A DNA stretch of 64,000 nucleotides from an uncultured Actinomycetota bacterium. GTDB taxonomy: Bacteria; Actinomycetota; UBA4738. The notes under the pieces are model-generated. The model was given only the letters and a program-made list of their open reading frames with translations, made no database searches and was not told the origin of the DNA. The stretch's first letter is position 1, and every line of letters starts with the position of its first letter. The stretch spans positions 145,769 to 209,768 of the forward strand of contig CAVYRK010000007.1 in assembly GCA_963770955.1 (NCBI GenBank), written 5' to 3'. Shown here piece by piece: positions 36,819 through 46,491 of the stretch. Position numbers and translations under genes: made by a program.

Positions 36819-38114
36819 TCAGGGAGTGGGGGTCGACTGGACCGCCGGATCGCGGACCCGCTGGCCCGCGAAGAGCCCGCTCACGATCTGGATGCGCTTG
36901 CCGTCGCTGATGCCGAGGGTGACGTTCGTCTTCTGCGGCTCCTTGCCCTTCTCGAGCAGGTAGACGACGCCCGACGTCCCGTTGTCCTTGCGCTGCACCG
37001 CCGACACCGGCAGCGTGAGCGCGTCGTCGACTTCCGCGGTCACCGCCACGACGTTGGCGGGGACGCCGGGGAAGACCGACGTTCCGACGGGGAGCGTGCA
37101 GCGCAGATCGACCTCCTCCTGCAGGACGTTGGTGGCGCCCGACGTCGGAAGGTTGGCGCCGATCGACGCGAATGCGCAGTCGATCGGCTGGTCCTGGTGC
37201 GCGATCACCGCTTGAATCGAGAGCGGCGGCGTGTAGAACCGGTAGAGCTGGTCCTGGGGAACGGACGCGATCACGTCGTACTGCGCGGGAATGACCGTCA
37301 GCAGCCGCTGGCCGTTGACCACGACCTGGCCTTTGGTGACCGACAGCTGGCCCACCGTGCCCCCGATGGGCGCGGTCACGGTCTCGGTGATCGGGCTCGG
37401 GGTGGGCGTCGGCGACGGCGACGTCCCCGTGGCAGTGGGCGACGGCGTGGGCAGCGGCAGCACCGTGACGGTCGCGACCTGCTCGCCCTCCGTCACGGCG
37501 TCTCCCGGCCGGACGGCGATGTCCGAGACCGTGCCGGTCACGGGCGCGTTCACGTTCTGAGTGTTTTGGCGGACCACCACCCCGTCGAGGTTGACGGTGC
37601 TTCTGATCGAGCCCGAGGTCACCTCCGCGGAACCGCTGGACGGCGGCGGCGTGGTGCTCTGCGTGCCGACGATGATCGCCGTGATCGCGGCCAGCACCAC
37701 CAAGACCACGAGGATGAGGGCCCCCCGACGGCGGTTGGTGAGGCTCTGGCGGCCGGGAACACGGTTGGCCATGCGGGTCCAGAACGATTCCCCGGCGCCG
37801 GATTCCTCCTCTGCCGGCTCGTCGGCGAAGAGCGGCTCGGCCGGAAGCGCGCCGTCGGCCGCGAATTCGCTGAGGGCGTCGGGCCGGTCGTTGGGCTGCA
37901 CGTCGACCGGGGCGGTGTCGAGGTCTCCGGGACCGGGAGCGGGCTCGGGCTCGGGCACCGAGTCGGCGCCCATCTCGCCCAGCCCCAGGTCGGAATCCGC
38001 CTCCTCGGCCTCCGCGTCGCCGACCGGTGCGTCGATGTCAGCATCGCCCGAGTTATCCTCCTCGGCGGGAGGACCGAACAACTCGTCGTCTTCGCGTCGT
38101 CGTCGTGTGGCCAT
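36819..38114 (-). CDS. HlyD/membrane-fusion-like periplasmic adaptor protein with an acidic disordered N-terminus and one TM helix
   Basis: TM segment ALILVVLVVLAAITAIIVG. Biotinyl/lipoyl-like beta-hybrid segments follow (VTGTVSDIAVRPGDAVTEGEQVATV...; IGGTVGQLSVTKGQVVVNGQRLLTV). C-terminal beta-barrel-like region. Confidence 0.5.
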   Translation of the reverse strand: MATRRRREDDELFGPPAEEDNSGDADIDAPVGDAEAEEADSDLGLGEMGADSVPEPEPAPGPGDLDTAPVDVQPNDRPDALSEFAADGALPAEPLFADEPAEEESGAGESFWTRMANRVPGRQSLTNRRRGALILVVLVVLAAITAIIVGTQSTTPPPSSGSAEVTSGSIRSTVNLDGVVVRQNTQNVNAPVTGTVSDIAVRPGDAVTEGEQVATVTVLPLPTPSPTATGTSPSPTPTPSPITETVTAPIGGTVGQLSVTKGQVVVNGQRLLTVIPAQYDVIASVPQDQLYRFYTPPLSIQAVIAHQDQPIDCAFASIGANLPTSGATNVLQEEVDLRCTLPVGTSVFPGVPANVVAVTAEVDDALTLPVSAVQRKDNGTSGVVYLLEKGKEPQKTNVTLGISDGKRIQIVSGLFAGQRVRDPAVQSTPTP

Positions 38115-38207
38115 GGGCCATCCAGTGCCGCGCTGCCGCAGGTGACGTGCCCGGACCATCAATCCTCAACCCGGGGGAGGCGGCTCGCAACCCTCCTGGG
38201 CCGATCC

Positions 38208-39575
38208 TTACTCGCCCTCAACCCCGGCGGAACGGTCCGTGATCGCCCGCGAGCCGCGGGCTGCCACGGCGGATTCCGCCACCACGTCGAGGCCCTCCTC
38301 AAGGTCATCGTCCGAGATGACCAGCGGGATGAGGTGGCGCAGCACATTGTGGTACATGCCGCAGCCGACGGTGACCAGACCCCGGGAGATCGACTCGTGG
38401 AGCAGGGCGTCCAGGTACTCGGGGGCCGGCTCCTTGGTCTCCCGATCCCGGACGAACTCGACCCCGACCATGGCCCCGACGCCCCGGATCTCGCCCACCT
38501 CGGGCACCTCGGCGGCGATCTGCTCCCAGCGCGCGCGAAGCACCTTCCCGATCTCCTCCGAACGCTCGAGCAGGCCCTCGTCGTCGATCACCTGGAGCAC
38601 CGCGTTGGCCGCGGCGCAGGCGACCGGATTGCCCACATACGTCCCGCCGATCGCGGAAGGGCCCGGGGCGTCCATGATCTCCGGCCGGCCGACGACGGCA
38701 GACAGCGGATAGCCGGACGCAAGGGCCTTGGCAAGGACGACCACGTCCGGCCGGAAGCCGAACTGCTCGGAGGCCAGGAACGTGCCGGTGCGGCCGGTCC
38801 CGCTCTGCACCTCGTCGGCGATGACCACGATCCCGTGCCTGGTGCACTCCTCGCGGATGCCCTGCAGGAACTCCGCCGGCGGGACCACGAACCCGCCCTC
38901 GCCCTGGATCGGCTCGACGATGACGGCGGCGACCGACGTCGGGTCGACGACCGTGACGAACGCGCGCTCGAGGGCGTCGAGCGCGTCTCGCGCGGCCCGG
39001 TCCGGGTCGGGGCTGCGGTACGGGTACGCGAAGGGCAGGCGGTACGTCTCGGGAGCGAACGGGCCGAACCGCGTCTTGTAGGGCTTGTGCCGGCTGGTCA
39101 GCGACATCGTGAGGAGCGTGCGACCGTGGAACGCGCCCTCGAAGGAGATGATCGCCGGGCGGCCGGTGGCGGAACGCGCGAATTTCACCGCGTTCTCGAT
39201 GGCCTCGGCGCCGGAGTTGAACATCGCGACCTTCGCGCCCGGGATGCCGACGCGCTCGACCAGGCTCTCCGCGAGCTGCACGTACGGCTCGTACGGGATC
39301 ACGGAGAAGTCGGTGTGCGAGACGCGCGCGGCCTGCTGCTGCACGGCCTCGACGACCTTCGGATGCGAGTAGCCGACGAGCTGGCAGCCCAGGCCGGAGG
39401 AGAAGTCCAGCAGATGGTTGCCGTCGACGTCGGTGAAGCGGGCGCCCAGCGCGGAGTCGATCACGGCGGGCACGTGGATGTCCAGCGGGTCGGCGACGAC
39501 CTTCTGCTTTCGCTCGAGCACCGCTGCCGAGCGCGGGCCCGGGATGCCGGTGGTCAGGTTGATGGCATCGCCCAT
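38208..39575 (-). CDS. gabT: Class-III PLP aminotransferase, 4-aminobutyrate aminotransferase-like
   Basis: 455 aa with motifs FNSGAEAIENAVKFAR, IADEVQSGTGRTG and LAKALASGYPLSA (lysine-containing region). Confidence 0.8.
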   Translation of the reverse strand: MGDAINLTTGIPGPRSAAVLERKQKVVADPLDIHVPAVIDSALGARFTDVDGNHLLDFSSGLGCQLVGYSHPKVVEAVQQQAARVSHTDFSVIPYEPYVQLAESLVERVGIPGAKVAMFNSGAEAIENAVKFARSATGRPAIISFEGAFHGRTLLTMSLTSRHKPYKTRFGPFAPETYRLPFAYPYRSPDPDRAARDALDALERAFVTVVDPTSVAAVIVEPIQGEGGFVVPPAEFLQGIREECTRHGIVVIADEVQSGTGRTGTFLASEQFGFRPDVVVLAKALASGYPLSAVVGRPEIMDAPGPSAIGGTYVGNPVACAAANAVLQVIDDEGLLERSEEIGKVLRARWEQIAAEVPEVGEIRGVGAMVGVEFVRDRETKEPAPEYLDALLHESISRGLVTVGCGMYHNVLRHLIPLVISDDDLEEGLDVVAESAVAARGSRAITDRSAGVEGE

Positions 39576-39689
39576 CCGAACCTCCGTCGGGTGCGGCCGC
39601 GCGGCTCCGCCACGGGCGCGGATTCTTCGCTGAACGGCCGGCGCCGAGCGTACACGACGGCCTCCGGAGCCGACACCGGTTGGGACGGA

Positions 39690-39765
39690 GGGAAACCCGG
39701 GTGGCCCGAGTCGAACGGACCTACGACCTCGAAAGGTCGGCCCACCGGGAAGCCCGGGCCGGCAG
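39690..39765 (-). terminator. Extended GC-rich stem-loop 3' of glcF (between glcF and gabT)
   Basis: On the minus strand CCCGGTGGGCC...(inner hairpin CGACC-TTTCGAG-GGTCG)...GGGCCACCCGGG is followed by TTTCCC. A tRNA was considered and rejected. Confidence 0.3.
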
Positions 39766-39788
39766 ACGATAGCAGGAGCCTCGAGGGG

Positions 39789-41102
39789 TCAGAGCGACTC
39801 GCCGCGGATCGACGCCCAGAGCAACTCCATCGGGTGATAGACGGGCAGCGGCCGGCCCATCGCCTCCAGGTGTGTGGTGATCTGCAGCGCGCAGCCGGGA
39901 TTGCCCGCGACGATCGCCTCAGCTCCCGTGGCCAGCAGGTTCTCGGCCTTGCGACGCCCGAGCGCGTCGGCCGCTTCCGGCTGCAGCACGTTGTACAGGC
40001 CGGCGGAGCCGCAGCAGAGCTCCCACTCCTTCGGCTCCACGATCTCCAGCCCGGGAATCGAGCGCAGCGCCTCACGCGGTTGTGCGCGGACGCCCTGCGC
40101 GTGCGCGAGGTGGCACGCGTCGTGGTAGGCGACCCGCATCCGCACCGGGCGCCGGGGGGCCGCGACCGGCGCGCCGGCAAGGATCTCCGACACGTCCCGC
40201 ACGTGGCCCGAGAAAGCGCGAGCGCGGTCGCGCCAGCGCGGGTCGTCCTCCAGCAAGGCCCCGTACTCCTTCATCGCCGACCCGCAGCCGGCGGCGTTCA
40301 CCGCGACCAGGTCGCAGCCCTCCAGCGCCGCGATCGCGCGGCGTGCGAGCGAGCGCGCTTCCTTCTCCTCCCCCGCGTGGGAGTGCAGCGCGCCGCAGCA
40401 CCGCGGGTCGCGCGGCGCGATCACCTCGTAGCCCTCGGCGGCCAGCACCCCGGCCGTCGCCCGGTTGACGTCGGAGAAGAAGACCCGCTGCACGCACCCC
40501 TGCAGGAGCGCGACGCGGCCGCGGCGCTCGCCGGCCGCGGGCGTGCGCTCCGGCAACGGGGCACCACCCCGTGCCGGGGTCCGGGGCGCCAGCCGCGCGA
40601 GCGCGGAGAGCCGTGGGATCCGGCCGCGCGCAGTCCGTCCGCTCACGGCGCGATCCAGCCGGAGGAAACGGGCCGCCGTCAGCAGGGGGAGCGCCGCCCG
40701 CAGCCGCTTCGGATGCGGGAACAGCGCGAACACCATCCTCCGAAGGCCGCGCTCGGACCGCGAGCGCGTGTGGTTCCGCTCGACCTGCGGGCGCGCCGCC
40801 TCGATCAGCCGTCCGTACTGCACGCCCGACGGACAGGCGGTGACGCACGCCATGCATCCGAGACACCGGTCCAGGTGCGTGACCATCGCGTCGCTCATCA
40901 CGCTGCCCGGCGTGAGGCCGTCGTTCATCAGGACGATGCGGCCGCGAGGCGAGTCCATCTCCTCGCCCCACAGCACGTACGTGGGGCACGTCGGCAGGCA
41001 GAACCCGCAGTGCACGCACGCGTCGATCAGGTCCTGCCGTGGGGGGTGGAGCGCGTCGAACGCGCCCGGCCCATGCGGAACGCGCGGCTCGCCGTCGGCC
41101 AC
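39789..41102 (-). CDS. glcF: Glycolate oxidase iron-sulfur subunit GlcF
   Basis: Two 4Fe-4S motifs (CVHCGFCLPTCPT; CLGCMACVTACPS) and C-terminal CCG domains (CCGALHSH...; CCGSAGLYN). GTG start overlaps the glcE stop. Confidence 0.8.
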   Translation of the reverse strand: MADGEPRVPHGPGAFDALHPPRQDLIDACVHCGFCLPTCPTYVLWGEEMDSPRGRIVLMNDGLTPGSVMSDAMVTHLDRCLGCMACVTACPSGVQYGRLIEAARPQVERNHTRSRSERGLRRMVFALFPHPKRLRAALPLLTAARFLRLDRAVSGRTARGRIPRLSALARLAPRTPARGGAPLPERTPAAGERRGRVALLQGCVQRVFFSDVNRATAGVLAAEGYEVIAPRDPRCCGALHSHAGEEKEARSLARRAIAALEGCDLVAVNAAGCGSAMKEYGALLEDDPRWRDRARAFSGHVRDVSEILAGAPVAAPRRPVRMRVAYHDACHLAHAQGVRAQPREALRSIPGLEIVEPKEWELCCGSAGLYNVLQPEAADALGRRKAENLLATGAEAIVAGNPGCALQITTHLEAMGRPLPVYHPMELLWASIRGESL

Positions 41103-42262
41103 TACAGGCCCCCGACGAAGACACCCGGGTTGCACGCCACGGACGGGTCGAAGCGCTCCTTCACGCGGCGCATCAGCTCCACGGGTCCCGCCTCCGGACC
41201 CCACACGTCGAGCGCCGCCCGGACGTCGTCCGGCGCGTCCAGCACGACGCACGGCCGGGGCGAGAGCGCCGACCGCAGCTCTTCGATGGCCGCGGCGACA
41301 TCGGCAGGCGGACCTGCGGGCAGGGTCACCCAGCTCAGCCCGAGCCCGGCGCGCCCGACGACCCAGGCGCGGGCGCGCGCGGCTGCCCGCAGGACGGCGG
41401 GCAGGTCGGATCGCACGCCGGAGACGCGGACCACCGTGGCCTCGGCGCTCCGCTGCGCGGCGCGCTGCCCGACCCACTGGGCGTCGTCATCCTCGGCGAC
41501 GGCGACGTCCAGCCCGAGCCCGCGCATGCTCGAGGCGGCGCTCGCGACGCGCGGCGCCGTCGCCGCGCCGGCGACACGGGCAAGCACGGCCCCGCCGCCG
41601 TCCCCCCAGCGCACGTCCAGCGACTCGAGCTCGAGCGGCGACGCGGCCAGCGCGGAGACGGCCCGTCCCAGCGCGCCGGGATCCGTGCCGACGCCCGCGA
41701 CGGTGGCGCGGCCCGCCGGGAGCGGGTGCAGCCGCACCACCACCTCGACGATCATCCCCAGCGTCCCGAACGACCCGGTGAACAGCTTGGCCAGGTCGTA
41801 GCCGGCGACGTTCTTGATGACGCGGCCGCCCGACCGCGCGAGCGTGCCGTCCGCCAGCGCGACCCGTACGCCGAGCAGCAGGTCGCGGGCGGCGCCGTAC
41901 CGGTGCCGCAGCGGTCCGGAGTCGGCGCAGGCAACGACGCCGCCGACGGTCGCGGAGCCGCCCGGGTTCGGCGGATCGAGCGCCAGCATCTGGCCCGCCT
42001 CCGCGAACGCCTCCTGCGCCCGAGCCAGCGGGATGCCGGCCTGCAGGACCGCGGTCATGTCACCGGCGTTGTGCTCCAGCACCCGGTCGAGCGACTGCGT
42101 CGAGATGCCCACCACGTCCCGGTTCGGGGGCACGCCCCACGTTCGCTTCGTCTCGCCGCCCACGAACCGCACGGCCTCGCCGCCGGCGACCAGCTTCCCG
42201 AGCGTCTCCGCCGCCTCCTCCGGAGAATCGGGCGCGTACCGGACCGCGACGCCGACGGCCAC
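41102..42262 (-). CDS. glcE: Glycolate oxidase FAD-binding subunit GlcE
   Basis: 386 aa with an FAD-binding PCMH-type domain (VRFVGGETK...). Lies between glcD and glcF. Confidence 0.8.
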   Translation of the reverse strand: MAVGVAVRYAPDSPEEAAETLGKLVAGGEAVRFVGGETKRTWGVPPNRDVVGISTQSLDRVLEHNAGDMTAVLQAGIPLARAQEAFAEAGQMLALDPPNPGGSATVGGVVACADSGPLRHRYGAARDLLLGVRVALADGTLARSGGRVIKNVAGYDLAKLFTGSFGTLGMIVEVVVRLHPLPAGRATVAGVGTDPGALGRAVSALAASPLELESLDVRWGDGGGAVLARVAGAATAPRVASAASSMRGLGLDVAVAEDDDAQWVGQRAAQRSAEATVVRVSGVRSDLPAVLRAAARARAWVVGRAGLGLSWVTLPAGPPADVAAAIEELRSALSPRPCVVLDAPDDVRAALDVWGPEAGPVELMRRVKERFDPSVACNPGVFVGGL

Positions 42263-42263
42263 G

Positions 42264-43745
42264 TCAGAATCGCTCCGCGACGCCGGCGTCCTCCAGCGGG
42301 TGGCGGCGGTACGGCCCCGGCACCTCGCCGCACATCCGCGGCGTCGGCATCACCTTCCCGGGGTTGGCCAGCTGGGCGGGATCGAACGCGCACCGCAGGC
42401 GCTGGAACGCGTCGAGGTCCGCGTCCGCGAACATCAGCGGCATGGCGCCCTTCTTGTCCAGGCCGACGCCGTGTTCGCCGGTGATCGATCCACCGGCGTC
42501 GACGCACACCTGCAAGATGCTGCGGGCCAGCTCGGCCGCGCGCTCGGTCTCGCCGGGCTGCGTGCCGTCGTAGCACACCAGCGGATGCAGGTTCCCGTCG
42601 CCGGCGTGGAACACGTTCGCGACGCGCAGGCCGTGCTCGCCGGCCAGCTCCTCGATGCTCGCGAGCACCTCCGACAGCCGGGTGCGCGGGATCACCCCGT
42701 CCTGCACGTAGTAGTTGCGCGCCACGCGGCCCATCGCCGCGAAGGCGGCCTTCCTCGCCTTCCAGATCAGCTCCCGCTCGGCCGGCGACGCCGCGATGCG
42801 GATGCCGCTCGAGCCGCTCGTGCGGCAGATCGACTCGATCTCCGGCATCATCCGGTCGCATTCGGACGCCGGGCCGTCGAGCTCGACGATGAGCGCGGCG
42901 CCGACGTCCAGCGGGTAGCCGGCGTGCGTCGCCTCCTCGCACGCCTGGATGGCCAGGCGGTCCATCATCTCGATCGCGCCGGGCACGACGCCGGCGGCCA
43001 CGATCGCGGACACGGCCCCGCCTGCCTGTTCCGGCGAGTCGAAGTACGCCACGAGCGTGCGCACCGCTTCCGGAACGGGCACGACGCGCAGCGTGATCCG
43101 CGTCGCCACGCCGAGCGTGCCCTCGGACCCGACGAACGCGCCCAGCAGGTCGTAGCCGGGGCGATCCAACTCGTCGCCGCCGAGGTCGACGACCTCGCCG
43201 TCGGACAGCACGACCCGCAGTCCCGTGACGTAGTTGGTCGTGAACCCGTACTTGAAGCAGTGCGCGCCGCCCGAGTTCTCCGCGACGTTGCCACCGATCG
43301 AGCACACGACCTGGCTGGAGGGGTCCGGCGGATAGAAGTGCGTGGGCAGGGCGGCGTGCGACACCTCGACGTTCGTGACACCAGGTTCCACCTGGATGCG
43401 GCCGTCCGCGAGGTCGACGGACAGGATCCGCCGCATGCGCGACAGCGCGATCAGGACGCCCCCGGCGACGGGAACGGCGCCGCCCGACAGCCCGGTGCCG
43501 GCGCCGCGCGCGACCCAGGGGACGCCGGCGTCGTGGCATGCGCGGACGATCTCCACGACCTCCTGCTCGGACTCGGGCAGCACCACACAGCCGGGCATGA
43601 CGCGGTAGTGGAGCAGCCCGTCGGAGCGGTACGTGGCGAGCGCGGTCGGGTCGCTCAGGACGCGGCCGGGCGGCAGGGCCCCCTGCAGGGTCGCGATCAG
43701 CCTCTCGACGTCACGAGCGGTGGCCTCCACCCCCGTATCCTCCAC
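42264..43745 (-). CDS. glcD: Glycolate oxidase subunit GlcD (FAD-linked oxidase)
   Basis: 493 aa with an FAD_binding_4 region (VVLPESEQEVVEIVRACHDAGVPWVARGAGTGLSGGA) and an FAD-oxidase C-terminal domain. Confidence 0.85.
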   Translation of the reverse strand: MEDTGVEATARDVERLIATLQGALPPGRVLSDPTALATYRSDGLLHYRVMPGCVVLPESEQEVVEIVRACHDAGVPWVARGAGTGLSGGAVPVAGGVLIALSRMRRILSVDLADGRIQVEPGVTNVEVSHAALPTHFYPPDPSSQVVCSIGGNVAENSGGAHCFKYGFTTNYVTGLRVVLSDGEVVDLGGDELDRPGYDLLGAFVGSEGTLGVATRITLRVVPVPEAVRTLVAYFDSPEQAGGAVSAIVAAGVVPGAIEMMDRLAIQACEEATHAGYPLDVGAALIVELDGPASECDRMMPEIESICRTSGSSGIRIAASPAERELIWKARKAAFAAMGRVARNYYVQDGVIPRTRLSEVLASIEELAGEHGLRVANVFHAGDGNLHPLVCYDGTQPGETERAAELARSILQVCVDAGGSITGEHGVGLDKKGAMPLMFADADLDAFQRLRCAFDPAQLANPGKVMPTPRMCGEVPGPYRRHPLEDAGVAERF

Positions 43746-43767
43746 CCGCCCGGTTCCCGCCGCCCGA

Positions 43768-44706
43768 CTAGAGGATCGCGATCGGGTTGATGGGCGAGCC
43801 GGTCCCGGCGGCCAGCCGCAGCGGCGCGATCACCGTGAAGAACTCGAAGCGCCCCTCCTCGTCGCAGACGCGCGCGAGATCCTCGAGGGACAGGTTGTCC
43901 AGGAAGTGCAGGCCCATCGCGCTGATCCCGATCGCGTGGATCGGGTACGCGACCTCCCCGCACGGAGACGGGATGGTGTCGCCGTCGCCGTCGAACGCCA
44001 TCGCCGCGACCTTCGCCTCGTGGAAGAGCGGCATGGCCGTGACGTGGATGCCCGCCTTCAGGTGTGCCGCGTCCCATGGTCCTTCCTCGAGGCGCCGGCG
44101 CGCGTGGCCGGTCCGGAAGAAGACGATGTCGCCCTGCCGCAGCTCGACGCCCTGTCCGGTGAGCGCCGCCTCGATCTCGTCGCGCTCCACGGCCTCTCCC
44201 GGCTCGACCCACCTGGTGCCGCGATGCCTCGGGATGTCGATGAGGACGCCGCGGCCGACGATGCCGTCCTTCGCGGTGTCGATGGTCAGGTCGAGCGCAC
44301 CGGCCGAGCTCACGGCATCGTCGGCCGCGACACCGTTGTAGGCCGACCCCCGGTAGACCACGTGGCACAGGGCATCGATGTGCGAGATCGACTCGCCGTG
44401 GAACTCGACGCCGACGAAGTCGCCGCTGAACCGCATGTCGCCCGAGTCGCCCAGGTGGACGTCCGGCAGCAACGTCATGTGGTGCACGGCCGGCTTCGGG
44501 TTGTCGGGCCCCGCCTCGGTGTCGAGCGCCCACGAACACGACACGGAGCGCCCCGACCGGATGAGACCGGCCGCCCCCGTCACGATCTCCGGCGTGATGT
44601 GGTTGAGCGCGCCGCGCCGGTCGGCGGGGCCCCACACGCCCCAGGTGCCGCAGGCGGCGTAGACGGCGTCGAACTCCGCGCGGGTGACGGGCGCCGCGGC
44701 GGCCAT
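43768..44706 (-). CDS. Cyclase-family protein (kynurenine formamidase-like, COG1878)
   Basis: 312 aa. HxGTHxDAxxH-like region (ISHIDALCHV) and a metal-binding His cluster. Confidence 0.65.
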   Translation of the reverse strand: MAAAAPVTRAEFDAVYAACGTWGVWGPADRRGALNHITPEIVTGAAGLIRSGRSVSCSWALDTEAGPDNPKPAVHHMTLLPDVHLGDSGDMRFSGDFVGVEFHGESISHIDALCHVVYRGSAYNGVAADDAVSSAGALDLTIDTAKDGIVGRGVLIDIPRHRGTRWVEPGEAVERDEIEAALTGQGVELRQGDIVFFRTGHARRRLEEGPWDAAHLKAGIHVTAMPLFHEAKVAAMAFDGDGDTIPSPCGEVAYPIHAIGISAMGLHFLDNLSLEDLARVCDEEGRFEFFTVIAPLRLAAGTGSPINPIAIL

Positions 44707-44719
44707 CCCTCGCCCTCGC

Positions 44720-45103
44720 TCAGGCGCCGACGTAGGCGACGCAGTCGATCTCGACGAGCATCCCTTCCATGGGCAGGGTGCTGCCGACGGTGGTCCGCAC
44801 CGGGTACGGCTCCGTGAAGCGCGTCTTGTACGCCTCGTTGTATCGGGGGAACATGCCCACGTCCGAGAGGTGCACCGTGACCTTGATCACGTCCCCGAGC
44901 GACGCGCCGTCCGCCCGGAGGATCGTCTCGATGTTGTCGATCGTGCGCTGCGTCTGTTCCTCGATCGTGTCGCCGACGACCTTCCCGTCCGGCCCGAGCG
45001 GGCCCGTTCCGGTCACGTAGATGAAGTCTCCGGCGCGCCATCCCTGCGAATAGGCGCCCGCGGGGGGCGCGCCCTCCGAGGACTGGATCACGTACTTGGG
45101 CAT
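44720..45103 (-). CDS. ridA: RidA/YjgF/TdcF-family reactive-intermediate deaminase
   Basis: 127 aa with the conserved YjgF signature (GDFIYVTGTGP...; ...RTTVGSTLPMEGMLVEIDCVA). Confidence 0.85.
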   Translation of the reverse strand: MPKYVIQSSEGAPPAGAYSQGWRAGDFIYVTGTGPLGPDGKVVGDTIEEQTQRTIDNIETILRADGASLGDVIKVTVHLSDVGMFPRYNEAYKTRFTEPYPVRTTVGSTLPMEGMLVEIDCVAYVGA

Positions 45104-45152
45104 CGATGCTCCCTCCCCACGTCGGATTCCGTCGGCGTCGTTCTGCCGGGCC

Positions 45153-46304
45153 TCATTGACGGAGGCCGCGCGCGGCGACCTGCCAGACCGTTTCGACCCT
45201 GCCGTCGCGGTACCCGACCATCTCGTCCGTCAGATTGCAGCACGTGCACGCGTGGGACGGATAGAAGCGCAGCTTCTCGCCCAGGGCGACCGGCTCCTCG
45301 CTCCGTCCCATGCCGTGCTCCTCGGTCATGCGCTCGATGAACACCGGACGCCCGGCGGCCTGCGCCATCGGCGGCAGGGTGCCGTCGGCCGCGGCGGGAG
45401 CCCGGTCGCTCGAGAACGTCTTCGTCCCGCCGTCGATCGTGAGCTGGCCCTCACCCCACAGGCTGTTCACGCGGCAGAGCGCCGACAGCGCGAGCTGATC
45501 CTCCGTCGCGCTCCCCTCGTACAGGTGGGTCAGGTCGAAGAAGACGTACGTGCCGGCCCGCGACTCGGTCACGCCGGGCACCTCCGCGACGTACTTGCCC
45601 GTGAACGACGAGCCGGCCGTCACCTCCCGGACCTCCACCCCGGCGGCGCGCAGGCGCTCCGCGATGCCGACGACCACCTCGCCCTCGTGGTGGCCCTCCT
45701 CCCGCAAGCCCCGCCTCCCCGCGAAGCCGTACGAGCGGTGCGTGGTGAGCCCGTCGAACTCGACGCCGGGCAGCCCCCCGATCGCGCGCGCCAGCGACTC
45801 GACGCGCTCGACTTCCCCTTCGGGGATGCCGCCGCGGTGCAGGCCGGTGTCCACGTCGACCTGGAGGTACAGGGTGACGCCCGCCGCCTCGGCGGCGCCG
45901 GATGCCTGCCGGGCGCCCTCGCCGCCGTCCACGTTCGCCGTCACGCGGACGCCGCCCGCGGCCAGGGCGGCCACGCGGCGCCACTTCTCCTCGCCGAAGA
46001 TCGGGTACGCGAGCGCGATGTCGGCGATGCCGGCCGCGGCGAACGGCTCCGCCTCGCTGACCTTCGCGCAACAGATGCCCCGTGCCCCCGCCCGCATCTG
46101 CTGCAGCGCGATCTCGGGGACCTTGTGGGTCTTTGCGTGAACGCGAAAGGCGACACCACGGTCGTCCATCCACGACTGCCACTCGCGGATGTTGCGCTCC
46201 ATGCGGTCGAGGTCGACGAGGATGGTGGGGGTATCCAGCTCCGCGATGGGCTGCCCGATCGTGACGCGTGAGGCCTCGAGGAGCTTCGCGGGGTTCTCGG
46301 CCAC
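45153..46304 (-). CDS. PLP-dependent D-serine/D-threonine dehydratase-aldolase-like enzyme (alanine racemase N-domain fold, DSD1 family)
   Basis: From (V)AENPAKLLEASRVTIGQPIAELDTPTILVDLDRMERNI.... The PLP-lysine context is RVHAKTHK. ~384 aa. Confidence 0.65.
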   Translation of the reverse strand: MAENPAKLLEASRVTIGQPIAELDTPTILVDLDRMERNIREWQSWMDDRGVAFRVHAKTHKVPEIALQQMRAGARGICCAKVSEAEPFAAAGIADIALAYPIFGEEKWRRVAALAAGGVRVTANVDGGEGARQASGAAEAAGVTLYLQVDVDTGLHRGGIPEGEVERVESLARAIGGLPGVEFDGLTTHRSYGFAGRRGLREEGHHEGEVVVGIAERLRAAGVEVREVTAGSSFTGKYVAEVPGVTESRAGTYVFFDLTHLYEGSATEDQLALSALCRVNSLWGEGQLTIDGGTKTFSSDRAPAAADGTLPPMAQAAGRPVFIERMTEEHGMGRSEEPVALGEKLRFYPSHACTCCNLTDEMVGYRDGRVETVWQVAARGLRQ

Positions 46305-46491
46305 GGCCGCCTCCTTCCCGTCCAAGCCCGTGCGGCCGGACGGCCACGGACGCGGCGCGGCGGCGCGGGCCGGCGAACTGTAGGCACCTCCCGGAAGGAC
46401 TGTCAATCGGCGGCCCGGGAGGGAGAGAGGGAGCCGCCTCGAACGGCCGTGAACCCGGGTCAGCAAGGGCTTCCGCCCGGAACGCGCCGGG

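Noticed and set aside
39690-39765. Possible tRNA on the minus strand (TTCGA-containing T-loop-like hairpin, 7-nt loop with U33 and a UCG anticodon-like triplet)
   Set aside because: The D-arm and acceptor stem cannot be built. There are only ~9 nt where ~17 are needed, and the acceptor halves mismatch. Retained only as a structured terminator-like element
35934-41801. 1955-aa plus-strand ORF, and similar long ORFs (1225..3624, 1514..3484, 23579..26521, 25909..28470, 50589..53357, 9484..12807 N-terminal part)
   Set aside because: Arginine/alanine/proline-rich low-complexity translations antisense to, or out of frame with, well-supported genes. These are typical stop-codon-poor shadow ORFs in 72% GC DNA
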